64,000 nucleotides of DNA from Psilocybe cubensis (Eukaryota): contig CM039005.1 of the NCBI GenBank assembly GCA_017499595.2, forward strand, positions 1,178,001-1,242,000, read 5' to 3'. Made by a program: the position numbers and the translations under genes. This document shows positions 39,488 through 52,261 of the stretch, in pieces; position 1 is the stretch's first letter; each line of letters starts with the position of its first letter. Below the pieces are notes generated by a model. That model ran no database searches, had not been told where the DNA came from, and was given only the letters and a program-made list of their open reading frames with translations.

Positions 39488-42400
39488 TTAGAAGCCACCA
39501 TTGCCCGTAGCACTATTAACCTAAGAGAAGGGACAAGCAAGTAAGTAATGGATCAAATGAGCAGGAAAACCACGATGATGCGATGTATCCGGCAGTTAAA
39601 TCAAGAAAATAAAACAGACCTAAGCCACTGTATATCACTCCGCTGCCTCCACAACGCACTCAACCACACCTTCCCATTATAACAACACAAGCAAGAAAAG
39701 AGAAAAGAAAGACAAACAAGAAACACTTCGCCTCCGCCGCCGCCACCCACCCAGCACATACGCGAAGCCCGCGTTCATAGATATCACATTTTTACATGAC
39801 ATTTACCTTGTCTTTTAGAGACGAGATGAATTGCTGGTAGCTGGGCAACATATCGGCGCGGTCCTGGATAAGCATGCTTAGGGCCCAGAGTCTGAGTGGT
39901 GGCTCGCCGTCCTCCTTGACGATGTACAGATGTGGGTGGTATACGCCACGACGGCTCTCGCGGATCTTTTGGATGATGGCATTGACACGCTGCGAGAATG
40001 GGTTCTCGAGTGTTCGAAGAGTGGTCTGAAAATGAGACAAAGACGGTTCATTGTCAGCCACTGAACTTTGGACTACCTCTGATAATATGAGCAAATAGAC
40101 ATACCTTGCCACCGCGCAAGACATCGTAACTGGGCAGATCGAATACGTCCTGGACGAGCTGAGGAACAGCATCGCGGCCAACCCAGAGGAAGATAGTCTG
40201 TCCATCCTCGATCAAGAATAGGCCATGCCTTTCTAACCGCTCTGAAGTGAGAGGAAGTAATGGGGGTAAGATGACTCCCTCCTCGCCGATGGTGCCTGCC
40301 TCAGGGGGCATATTATGCAGGGAGTAGAAAGAAGGGTATAGATAGGGGATGAGCTGCTGGGATGGCAGCGAGGTGAGCAGTGCCTGGGAATATGCGCGAA
40401 TATCTGGAGGTATTTGGGCACTTTGGCGGATGCCAACCTGTTAAGTCTAGTGATCAGCAACCGAGGCAAGAAGAAAAGCTGTTTACCGCTATTAGAGCAA
40501 CACACTCACGTTTTTCAGAAGACCGAGAACGAGGACGGGCAACATCTTCAAGTTGTCCGAGATGGCCAGCTGTGCGCTGGCGCCTGCACCACTGGAGGTC
40601 ATGCTGGTCTTGTACGATACAAGGAGTTCGACAAGCTTCTGGAAGACGTAATCCCTGCTATCTTCCAACTTATGCGTCAAAGACCTTTCTACAGCCTTGT
40701 TGGCGAAGAAAGTAGTGATAGCAATTTGATCAGCAGAGGCGAACACCTCCGAAAGATTGGTGGTGGTTGGCAGTGCCATAGTAATGACACGAATGCGACG
40801 CTCGCCTGCCGATTAGGGTCAGTATTAATATGTTATAATTAAGTAGCCAAAGGCCTCACCATAGCAGGTTGTGTGCAGCACTGCAGTCTGGAAAACGACG
40901 AAGGGAGTAGTGATAGCTTCCTCGATTTGAACTTCAATAGCGTAAGACTGGTCCTGAGGGACAGCAGGCATGGCCAAAAGGTCGGTCGAGCGGACAAAGA
41001 AATTTCCGTGGAAGGCAGCCATGCGCAATCCTAGAGAGGAACTTGTGAGCCATGAAAAAAATGGGCTGTTAAAACTAACCTCGAGAAGCACGCACGCGCA
41101 TGACGGCCTCCAACATGATGGGTGTAGCCAGGACCTCGCCAAATTCGTGAGCAAACTTTATGGCATCTTCGGTCCTTCCTGCATTGAATGCGGGGTAATA
41201 GTAGGTCTGACCAGAGGTGTAATGCGGTAGGCAGGCTAAAATCATGGTTATGTTAATTCTCTATTAAGCCTTGCCTTGAAAGACTTGCCTAAAGTAGCGA
41301 CATCCTGGTAGGCAGCGCTGAATAAGAACATGTCAACTGAGACTTGAGTTCTTGAGCATTCGATAGCAAAGGTCTTGTAGAATGGCGAAGCTGCTTGTAA
41401 CAAACCCGATTCCTAAGGGAAACAAGAATGAGCACAGCTAACCTAATGCCGCTCCATCATCAACATACCTTTGCAGTTCCAAGAATTTTGGGATCTTCTC
41501 GGTTTTTAAGAGCACCTGGACCAACAGAAGGCAAGGTAGACGATAAAACAATGATCTTGCCGCCAATGGGTGCCTGTAACAAATGAAATCAGTGATGAAA
41601 CCTTAACATTAGAGCTAGTTTAATGACCATGAGCTTGAAGCCAGCTTGAAGGGCAGGCCCTAGAGCACTTCCAATGATGCTGTTTTCTTGGAACATATCA
41701 CCAATTTTACCCAAAAGAGCCTCTAAAGATGCCCTTGCTTCAGCGATGTTAACGAGAAGGTCGTTGGGTTTGGGCAAGAAGACGTCATCGATATCAGAGA
41801 CTACAAGCATTGATGATTCCGTTGACCCTGGCTGTTAGAGACAAAACAGGTGTTAGAATGATATCTGGGAAGAGGGATATGTCGAAACTGACTGTCATTG
41901 AAAAGAAATACAGTGACACGTCATAACAAATAATCGCAATTTTTGTCCTCTCGTCTTCGTCAGGTATACGGTCCAAATTCTCGAGGATGGTACGTGTGGC
42001 AGTAGCGACCATTCCTAGAGCACTGTTAAGTATGACTTCATTACTCGAATATTCGACAACCTACCGGATTGGACCGCAGTATGGCTTACGTCGATCAAGA
42101 AAACGTAAACAGCGGGTTGAGGCGGGCGGACCATATATTCAGTGGGTGCAACAAACTCAACGCAGGAATGGTTGAGTTCTGCACGAGCCCAACGATCTCC
42201 GGGTTGGTTGCGAACCTGGTCCCAATCGAAAAGTTGAGGAACTTCATTGGTCATATTGCACATACAACATCTCCAGCTATCAAAACAAATGAGAAAGACC
42301 ATTATCTAGCCAAGTGAATCAATAACATACCGATTGCCTCCATCAATAAATTGAACATATGGATTGATATAAGTTCTGCAACGACGGCACCGCGCAATCA

Positions 42401-43278
42401 CTGTGTCGGTAACTAGAGGGACAGGGTCCTCGCCTTCGTCCAAGGATCGGTAAGGAGTCAACACCAGAGCGAGGGGGAGTTTGGATTTAGTCAACAAAGA
42501 TGACGTCGTTGGTATAGCGTTGATGGTGGACCTGCAGTAACTTGGGTCTGCATTTGCCGTAGGCGAAGGGGAAATACATGAATTGGGAGGTAGTCTAATT
42601 TCAGGTGGGGGACGCTGCAAATCGCGAGGCTCCGGTGGGGAAGTCAGAAGGTTAGTTGTAAAGAGCTGCAATTGCTTTTGACCCATCCCCATTGCACCGA
42701 ATTGGTTAGCCAAAGCATCTACAGGGGCTTGACCATATTGCGGCTGCTGATTAAAAGCAGGTCCATTGATATATTCCGGCTCTCCTTGACCGTAATATCC
42801 AGGTTGCCCAGGAGCGCCTGGCTGAGATTGTTGCGCAGCGAACTGGTTCTCCGCTACGAGGCCTGGAGTAAACAAGGGACCTTGAGGTTGCAGATTTGCT
42901 TGCAATCCCGGCGCTTGGGCTCCGTAGCCTGGATCAGTAGCAGTGTCCCCGTAGTATGCCTGGGTCTGTCCGGCAGCGTATTGACGACGCTTCGTGTGCG
43001 AATGAGTTGGCTGGGGAGATCCAGTTGGCACGGGCCCGAGACCTGCAGAACCTGCTGAAGGGGGTTCCCATTGAGTGTGTCCGGTTTGGGTTTCTGTTTC
43101 AAAAGAACGTTGAATAGACGATTCCTGTTGAAATAAAGACGTGGGGCTGACCAATGAAGAGATATCGCTGATGTGTAGCATCCCTGGAGACAAGTCATCA
43201 ACTATATTGGCCAATTCAAACGACAGCATACCATTCTGCTTCCCATCCTGGGGGCAATTGGTCTGAAGGGGTGGCCAT
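39488..43278 (-). CDS. SEC24: COPII coat subunit Sec24 with N-terminal WW domain
   Basis: [12 protein letters not shown]...CCMC zinc finger, [28 protein letters not shown], gelsolin-like [14 protein letters not shown]; if the last intron is retained the stop is at 39792. Confidence 0.95.
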
Positions 43279-45079
43279 GGATCAAGTAGAATGAGAAGAG
43301 AAGTTCAAGGGCGTGACAAGTTGTCCCGGTATACGATCCCATGAGCTGATCTCGCCACGTCCTCTTAAATGGACAAACACGCCACAGCCAAACACCGCCA
43401 TCACTCTCCAACGCACAACGCTTGCTCAATCTTTGTCTTTGACACCGACGTGGTACAACGTGTTATTACGCGGTTCCCGCTACCTTCATATATCTTTCGC
43501 CATTTCTGATCTTTGGGGACGTGTTACTATCCCACGTCGACCTGTTGTCTACTCGTTTGCACTGCCCAACGAAAAGCGTGTCATTTTAACTGCAAGGACT
43601 TGTCAGCATATTCTTTCATGGGGTCTGCGTAATGTGGCTGGTTCATGAACAATCCGGATGAATTGGGGGATGTTTCGACCTGCATGGCAGCATGGTTGTC
43701 TAAGGGATCTGTAAGTAGGGAGAGCTGGAAGCTAGGCACAGGGTGGATAGTTATAGAAGCAAATCATTATCATCTCGAGAGCGATTTTCAACAAATCTCT
43801 AAACAGGTTGATAATGGGGTGCTTGATTCTAAATTGCTTTATCCAGTATATTGTCAGTATGTTCCCCTGGAAATCCCAAACTCTACATCGTCTTTTGTTT
43901 TTGTCACAAATACTACTGCATCACAATTCACGCGGGTGACATGCCACCTACCTTTGTTAACGTGGCTCAGCTCAACGAAATATCCCAATGTTTCATCGGC
44001 CATCGAAACTGGATCCTTGGGCTTGACTCGCAGAGGTAGTCGCACACGATACGGACCAGTGTCGTCGCATGGAATCTGGGTGATAGATGCGACCTCTACA
44101 TTCCAGGAGGTATCTCGCTTTACATGTTTTCGCGTCTCCTAATACAGAACTGAGGATGTCTTATTTATAGGCTTCGTATTCTATCTGGGCTATACAAACC
44201 TCCTCGATACCGCCTCGTGGTCGTTTCAGAAGGACCTGTCGTGTCGTCCGAAAGACATACTCGGAAAGAATGAGAGTATGTTCTACGACAACACCGAGGC
44301 AGAAACGCTGCTCTGACATTTCTCTACAATTCTCTTCAATCTCGGAATCCGTGCGACGAGCATGACCTTTGAAAGATGTCATGAATATCCGAGGGCATGG
44401 CTTCTCCTACGACTCAGACTGTATTGCGACTTCTAATCTGCTCTTTAAGCTACTATTAATATCGCCCACATACGACCAAGCGTCCAACCGGTGCGACCCC
44501 CGAACGAGGGTGAACTTGTGACTTCAATTTAATGCCTTGAGTTCAATAATTCTTGGAAGGAAATGCTGTTTTCCACATTCCCTCTTTCTGCGTGCATCGC
44601 TCGTGGGGCTTGGTTCTTATGTTGAAAACCCCGCAGATTTTGCCCGGTGCAAGACACATTGGAATTAAGGTTAATAAACTACATTTTTGAGTCGATCTCT
44701 ACCGACAATAATCCTGGGCACATGGATATGCCTCGAAAGCTCTCATGCTAGTCAGCATGTCGTATGACATTGTCCAATGACTGACTGATGGAGGACAAAG
44801 AAGTGGAAGACAAGATCGTAGATAAGCCCCTTTTGCGTACGAGCCTCGTCAAGAAATCGGAATGTGAAGGTTATAAATAGACCCAGTATTCCTATTGGAC
44901 ATACACCGTGTAAATTGCATTCGAGTTAGTCTTGGCAAAGATTTTGAGTGAGTACAGTAGATGCGTACTTTGACGATGAGAGAGTAGCATAGGTCAAAGG
45001 ACGTTTTATCTCCCCCTATAAAAGCGTCGTTAGTTTGTTCAGGCTGATACCAAGTCGAATACTTTCCTCCTGCTTCAAT

Positions 45080-46293
45080 ATGCTTTTCAAGCAAATATCA
45101 TTGACCGCTTTGCTCACGTTTGTAGTATCTGTATCTGCTCACTGTATGGATTGATTATATTTCATCTGTTTGAAATTACTGAGCTTTTTCCAGACACATT
45201 TCCTGACCTCATTGTCAACGGTGTCAACACAGGAGATTGGGTCAATGTAAGGCGAACGAATAACTACAACAGTCAATCTCCCGTACGCCATATTATTGTA
45301 TACTATTTTAAATCTAGCATTTGACCTCTGCAAACACAGGTCACCGACGTTACCAGTGCGGACTTCCGATGCTACACCTCGGAGACGCATGCTACTGCAT
45401 CGACCGCCACAGTTGCAGCTGGGTCGACGATCGGCATTGGTGCTGACCAGCCTGTATATCACCCTGGAGTAAGCACATTTTAACCAATATAGAGAAATTT
45501 CATGTTGACATTGATAATCTTTCAAAAGGTTGTAAACGTCTACATGGCAAAAGCACCCGGAAACGTGTCCACTTTCGATGGTAGTGGTGCTGTCTGGTTC
45601 AAGGTAAAATATTTCTTCCTTTATTTCACAGCTATAACTCCACATAAACTACTTCTTGCGCAGGTTTTCCAAATTCCCGCAGTCACCGATGGCGGAAGAA
45701 CTATCACGTTCCCAGCTCAGAGTACGCGCTATTTTTAGAACGAGCGGCTATTTCACCTGATGGCATCTGAGCAGACATCAACGCTGTGAATTTCCAGATC
45801 CCAAAGAACTTGCCCTCTGGCCAGTATCTTGTACGCGTAGAGCAGATTGCCTTGCACTCTGCAAGTACATTCGGAGGCGGTAAGAATAAATTCATTGTCC
45901 CAGTCCTCATTCGTGGAAGCTTATGCACCATTATCTCAACAGCACAATTCTACCTTAGCTGTGCTCAAATCAACGTAACCGGTGGTGGAAATGGTACTCC
46001 AGGTCCCCTTGTCTCGATTCCAGGCGTCTACACTGGAAGGGTGAGTGTCAATTTCTTTTGTATAATTATTTGAATACTAAACATAAACATGGTAGGAGCC
46101 CGGCATCATGCTCAACATCTATTATCGTAAGCTTCGATGATGGTAGCTACCATATATTTTTTTAATCTGACCTAAATTTTTACAGCCATCCCCACTACCT
46201 ACGTCCAGCCCGGTCCCGTAAGCTTCCTTTGTCTCTTTCCGCAATAACTTTAAACTAACTTCATCTTGCTTAAAGGCCGTGTGGAGTGGGTGA
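45080..46293 (+). CDS. AA9 (GH61) lytic polysaccharide monooxygenase, copy 1
   Basis: Signal peptide ending SA|HYTFP (His1), [37 protein letters not shown]; no CBM. Confidence 0.93.
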
Positions 46294-46920
46294 AGTCATT
46301 AGGAGGCAGACTGTTTGAAGCTATTAGTCCGAGTACCAGCTGACAATATGTCATATAGCAACATTGAACTACGAAGAATTTGTTGAATGCCATGTTAATT
46401 GATCCGATTTGTGCAACTGTTATTTTTATCACTTGAACATCCATCATCCTGGAATATGTCTAACCAAGTCATTGGCAACGTGGATAATCAAGCGAGAAAA
46501 TATCCGGCCTGGTTATTTGCTTCATCAAGCGGATTTTACACTCCCGTTCTAACTCAAACAGTACAGAATACACGAAGCGTCGGGTCCGCGGTCGATGTCG
46601 CTACCGTGAAGAAATTATTAATAGAACAAAATTTGGAGTAGTCGCCCAACCGGAAAATTCAAAGTCAGAGTAGCTGCACAGAAGCCACGAGTTCGTTGAG
46701 ATCTCGGATGTTACAAAATATCCTATTGGATCCTTGCCATCCATGTGTCTAAGTGTCGATGAGAAAAGAGCCATCACATCGATGACTACTGTCTTTACCG
46801 CGTACTAATTCTAGAAATCCAAATTTATGGCACTTGAAAGTTGAGTTCGTCAAGGTATAAAAGACGTCAGCTAGGAGTCCATGTTTTGGTCAAGGTATAA
46901 GCCCTCAAACTCGTTTCAGA

Positions 46921-48145
46921 ATGAAGCTGGCTATCACTGCTCTGCTTTCTTTCGCTGCCTCTGCTGCTGCCCATTGTATGTATTATTATTTGAGCCGTTC
47001 CAGTAATAGGGAGGATTATGATTGTTAACTATGTGTACCTTTTAGACACATTCCCCGACCTCCTCGTGGCCGGTAAAAACACAGGAGACTGGGTTAACGT
47101 CAGGAAGACTAACAACTTCAATTCTCAATCACCCGTACGTGCTTTAATTGTGGAAATACTATGACCATTTACAAAATGATTTGATTTCAATAAGGTCACC
47201 GATGTAACAAGTGCCGATTTTAGGTGTTACACCTCCCAGACTCAGGCCACTGCATCCACTGCCACCGTAGCTGCAGGGTCACAGATCGGCATTCAGGCCG
47301 ATCAATCCATGTACCACCCGGGTGTAAGTTTAAATCGATATATTCAATTACTGCTCGCAAACTTACCATCCTTCAAAATATAAGGTTGTCAATGTTTACA
47401 TGGCGAAGGCTCCCGGAAACGTCTCGACTTGGGATGGAAGTGGTGCTGTTTGGTTCAAGGTTTGTAATAAAGAATTAAATCCTCGTTTACAGGGTATTTA
47501 TTGTTACAATTACAGGTATATCAAATCAGTGCCGTCACTGACGGTGGATCAACCATCACTTTCCCAGCACAAAGTAAAGTTTTATGCTTTCTGATTAATA
47601 ACAATAACTTAAAATTTAATCTGGCTGTTCAGACTTGCTTTCTGTATCGTTCACACTCCCCAAGAACTTGCCATCCGGACAATACCTTGTGCGCATGGAG
47701 CAGATTGCTCTTCACGCTGCAAGCACCTTCGGCGGTGGTACGATGCTCCTATATGTATTAAGTGGTCATTCCGCTTACACTTATGATAGCTCAATTCTAC
47801 CTGAGCTGCGCTCAAATTAACGTTACCGGTGGAGGAAATGGAACCCCCGGACCTCTTGTCGCCATCCCCGGTGTTTACACTGGAAATGTGAGTTTGAAAG
47901 GCAACAGAACAAGTTAGCTAGAAGGCTAATCATTGACTATTCATTAGGAACCTGGAATCTTGATCAACATCTACTACCGTAAGTTTTCTTTGCTTCAAAA
48001 GTATACTTACTCTGATACCTTGGTTCTTGCAGCTGTTCCAAAGACGTACGTCCAACCCGGACCTGTAAGTGTTTTTCCAGTTTCTTTCTGTATTTGAGTC
48101 GAATTCTAATGATCATAAATCATTCAGGCTGTCTGGAGTGGGTGA
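46921..48145 (+). CDS. AA9 lytic polysaccharide monooxygenase, copy 2
   Basis: [53 protein letters not shown]; same intron positions as copy 1. Confidence 0.93.
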
Positions 48146-49144
48146 ACGATTTAAGAGAAAAGATTCTGCGTCTCTATTCAAATGAAGCCTCTCGGTTTTA
48201 TGTCGTGAAGAAGTAAAACGCAGAGTGTACTAGTTATGATCAATGCAAATCTAAATACCCAAATTTATTTCAATTGCGTCACTTGTTTTTCCGAGGACCA
48301 GGTTCGCGACTTAGCATGTATCATGGAAGCTAGCCCAAGCCGTATACGGACCTAGTTAAGCGGAACGGACCATAAGAAGTGAGAAATATGTATGAGAACT
48401 TACTCTTCCATGCGACTTCCCGAAGAATAGGCTAATCATGGCGCGTGGACTTAGAAGTTACCCCGCGGTTACCCCTCAGTTCTAAAAAGTCCCGATGGCA
48501 ACGAATGACGACAATTGCTCAAAAATACCTCAACCCATCCCCACCCATAGTACTGATATAACATTGTGTGTAAACTTCGTTCACTGGTGAAAGTACACAG
48601 TACCCTGAAATAGCTTTTATGCTTATATCTCGATATATTAGGCAATGAAAGAGACAAATGCGGCTTGTGTGTCCCTGGCCAAGGTTATTAATAGCCTTGC
48701 ACACTCCTCCGTGTTTGGGAAAACGATCAGCAAATAGAGCTCAAAATGCGGGGTAATGCATTGTAATTGGCTTGGAGTATTGAATATAACTATTTTTCGG
48801 AACCTGTCTCAAGGTCAAAGGGTCTCGAGCCCAGGATTGACTTCATCTTGACCACAATTTGCCTCTCGTCGCCAGTAGGTTAAAGTATGGCGGTACATAA
48901 GCGCGCCTAGACAGAATTCAAATTTCCTATTGGCTATGCATCTCTATCCGTTCTCCTTGGCACTCCCGGCTTGAGGAAAACAGGCTAAAGGAAGTCGAAG
49001 TCATTGCCATCTAACCCCAAGTAGCGGTCACACGGCAGGCTTGGTGTATGAAGAAGAATAGCCATTGACGGTCCGATGGTGTAGTATAAAAGAGACATAT
49101 TTTTTGCTTCTGTTGAAAGATCATTCACCTCCTCATCGGACGCC

Positions 49145-50307
49145 ATGTTCTCGAAGCAGCTCATCCTCGCTTTCCTTGCGTCTTCCGTGACCCTCGTGTC
49201 GGCTCATTGTAAGTTCAGTCTGAATAACGCTGGGTACAGGCGTTCATATCTCTGTCTACAGATACTTTCCCCGCACTTCTTGTCAACGGCGCTGCCACTG
49301 GCAACTGGGTACATGTCCCGCAGGACTAACAACTTCAACAGCCGATCACCCGTTAGTAGCATATCACCACCCAACATCATTACATAGTCGATTTCAGACA
49401 TCTCACAATATACACAGGTGACAGACGTCCTCGAGCCAGGATATCCGCTGCTACACCTCCGAGACCAGAGCCACTGCTCAAACTGCCACCGTTACCCGCC
49501 GGATCCACAATTGGCTTCCGCTCCGATGACCCCATCTACCACGACGGTGTAAGCATACTTCCTTTTCATTCCTTTATTAAACACGAACGTAAACTCACTG
49601 TGGAACGTTATAACAGGTCCTGAACATCTACATGGCCAAAGCTCCCGGCAGCGCGGCTAACTTTGATGGCAGCGGCAACGTGTGGTTCAAGGTCCACGAA
49701 ATAAGCGCCGTTACTAATGGCGGCAGGAGCATTTCTTTCCCAGCTACCAGTGCGTTTTTATTTTACCCTCACACATCTTAGACATCTCTAACAAGCTCTT
49801 CTTCGTACCTAGACTTGCGAGACGTCACCTTCACCATCCCCCGCAGCCTTCCATCGGGCGAATACCTCGTCCGCATCGAGCACATCGCCTTGCACAGTGC
49901 GAGTAGCTTCCAAGGAGGTACGTCCACGACCCCTTCTCTGTCTATTCCCGGTTTATCAAAAACATTGCGTTAACAAATACCTCTCTCTCTTTTCTTTTCG
50001 TGCAGCCCAATTCTACATCAGCTGCGCGCAGATCAACGTCACCGGTGGCGGAAACGGCACCCCCGGCCCCCTCGTCTCGTTCCCTGGCGCCTACAACGGA
50101 AGGGTAAGTAGCTCGAGCCATTTACCTGAGAGAATCATGAACCTAATTATGCGGTTACGTAGGAACCCGGCATTCAGATCAACATCTACTACCCCATCCC
50201 CACCCAATACATCCAGCCCGGCCCAGTAAGCTACCAATCGCATACTAAAATCCCAACGCAATGAACTAACCTTTTCTTCCAACTTACAGGCTGTCTGGCG
50301 CGGATAA
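49145..50307 (+). pseudogene. AA9 LPMO copy 3, frameshifted as assembled (pseudogene or sequencing error)
   Basis: Complete AA9 exon set, but one extra C at each of 49317-49319, 49429-49430 and 49495-49497 relative to copies 1 and 2; the first gives TAA at 49327-49329. Confidence 0.75.
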
Positions 50308-50597
50308 ATTCGTCGGACGCATCCGAGCCGATTCACCACGCAGATATTCGGGTAAATTTATTTTACGGTCTAGTTTTTGCTCAGCTAGGTCGTAGTAGTT
50401 CAAATCAATGTATTACCTCTCCACAACCAACAAAAAATATATATCGCAACGCCGATTTTCGGAGTAAGACAGAACTGTCGTTGTATCCTTTAACATACGC
50501 GAAAACCTTCGGGGTTTGCGAAACCAACCACGGTGTAGTCTTGAAGCATGACAAGAGCAAAATTAACAAAACACGAACGATACGGTCGGACATCAAA

Positions 50598-50943
50598 CAC
50601 GCCGGACAAAAATGCTGACCAGTTAGCCTGGGTGTTGTCCTGACCAGTGACGTGACTAGTACCGTGACCAACTACATAGTGTCACACATACATTGTCACG
50701 CTAATTCATTATTAGTAGGCTCAACAGTAAATAACATATTACTTGATTGTTTAGTATTTCTTCTTACTACGCACTGAGTTCCAACGCAAGACAATCAAGT
50801 AATTTGCCATTTACTGTCGAGCCTACTAATAATGAACTAGCGTGACAACATGTTTGTGACACTATGTAATCGGTCACGGTACTAGTCACGTCACTGGTCA
50901 GGACAACACCCAGGCTAACTGGTCAGCATTTTTGTCCGGCGTG
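50598..50943. mobile_element. Non-autonomous foldback/MITE DNA transposon, 346 bp, 3-bp TSD (AAA)
   Basis: 50598-50669 is the exact reverse complement of 50872-50943 (CACGCCGGACAAAAATGCTG...); pairing continues imperfectly to ~150 bp per arm; AAA flanks both ends. Confidence 0.9.
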
Positions 50944-51192
50944 AAACTCAATAGGTAGAACACAACACATGCATGAGCATTGAAAGATCGTATTTATAAC
51001 GTATGCATGCACGTATGTATATGACAAAAAACCTACGATCAAGACTTCGGTGTGCCAGTGAGTTTAAATCATCCATAGGCAACAATGATCAAGCTATGGT
51101 GATGAAGAGAGGAACAAGCGAGTGGGTGCGTGAGTGAGTGACAGAAAAGGATGAGAGATGATGAATGAGGGGTAGGTACAAGGCGCAGTTGA

Positions 51193-51241
51193 AGGTAGGT
51201 AGGTAGGTAGGTAGTCAGGTCGGTAGGTAGAGAGTAGGAGG
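51193..51241. repeat. (GGTA)n microsatellite downstream of DHH1
   Basis: aggtaggtaggtaggtaggtagtcaggtcggtaggtag; a (GAAC)n run also occurs near 51373. Confidence 0.7.
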
Positions 51242-52261
51242 TAGAGAAAGGAGGCAGGGAGGTAGGGAGGTACCAGCTACACACGACACGATGGATACGG
51301 ATTCAAATCGAAAACCTAATACCACAGCAAGGTGCAAAGCCAGAAACCAAACAAACAAAAGGAAATACGAAAGAACGAACGAACGAAATGGATGTGTGGT
51401 GGAAAGTAAACCGAAAACCAAAGAAAGTCTCCGGACGGACCAAGATCGATAAAATGGGAAGGGTGAGAGTAAGAACAAGATGGCAGGGGCGGTCGACGGG
51501 AAGAGGTGAGATGATGAGGGATGAGGGAGGCGATGAAGTGGATGAGGATATAGATGAGGTAATGAACCAGGAGTCGGGAAGTATATTGCGGACATGGTTT
51601 GTGGTACTGTATGATATTACGGATGTCAATTGGGTTGGATCGGTAAAACCAACAAAAAGTCAAGAGTCGGACGGTATCAGGGGTCGTATATTCGGATTTT
51701 ATGAATTATCGTAGACTTAAAACGGGCGGATGACGGATGACGAGTCGCAGAGGATATGGGTTTAACGACTTGAGGAATCGGTTTCGATTTTGACGTCCTC
51801 GAGCGGGTGAAAAGTATGTGGTGTATGTCGACTGGTAGAAGGTAACAACGAGCGACGTCGGTGTGTGCCAATCAATCGTTGAGGTGGTGGGTGGTTGTGG
51901 GTAAGGTGGTATGGTACTACCGAAAATCGACATTGACCGGCGCACAGGCGGTGAAATGTAAATATAACGGGGGCACAGACAAAAGTCGGTCGGTCGATGT
52001 CGTCCAAAAAAGACGTTATGTGTGGATGCGGGTGTATGGTGTTGTGGGTGTTTTGCTTGGGTCAAAAAAAAAAGAAATAAAATATAGACCAGGGATTGAT
52101 TCTCTTTCATCATAGTCTTGTCTTCGAAAACTCTCCTCCCCGCCGCCCTGTATCTCCTACCAGCCCCTGGCGGCATCTTCTCTATATCCATCATCGTCCC
52201 TCCTTTCCTCCTTTCTCCTCGCGTCCTCCTCCTCCACACTACCTCCAGAGCGGAGTGCTAT

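Noticed and set aside
43645..44382. 165-aa ORF and nearby short ORFs upstream of SEC24
   Set aside because: No recognisable homology; likely intergenic.
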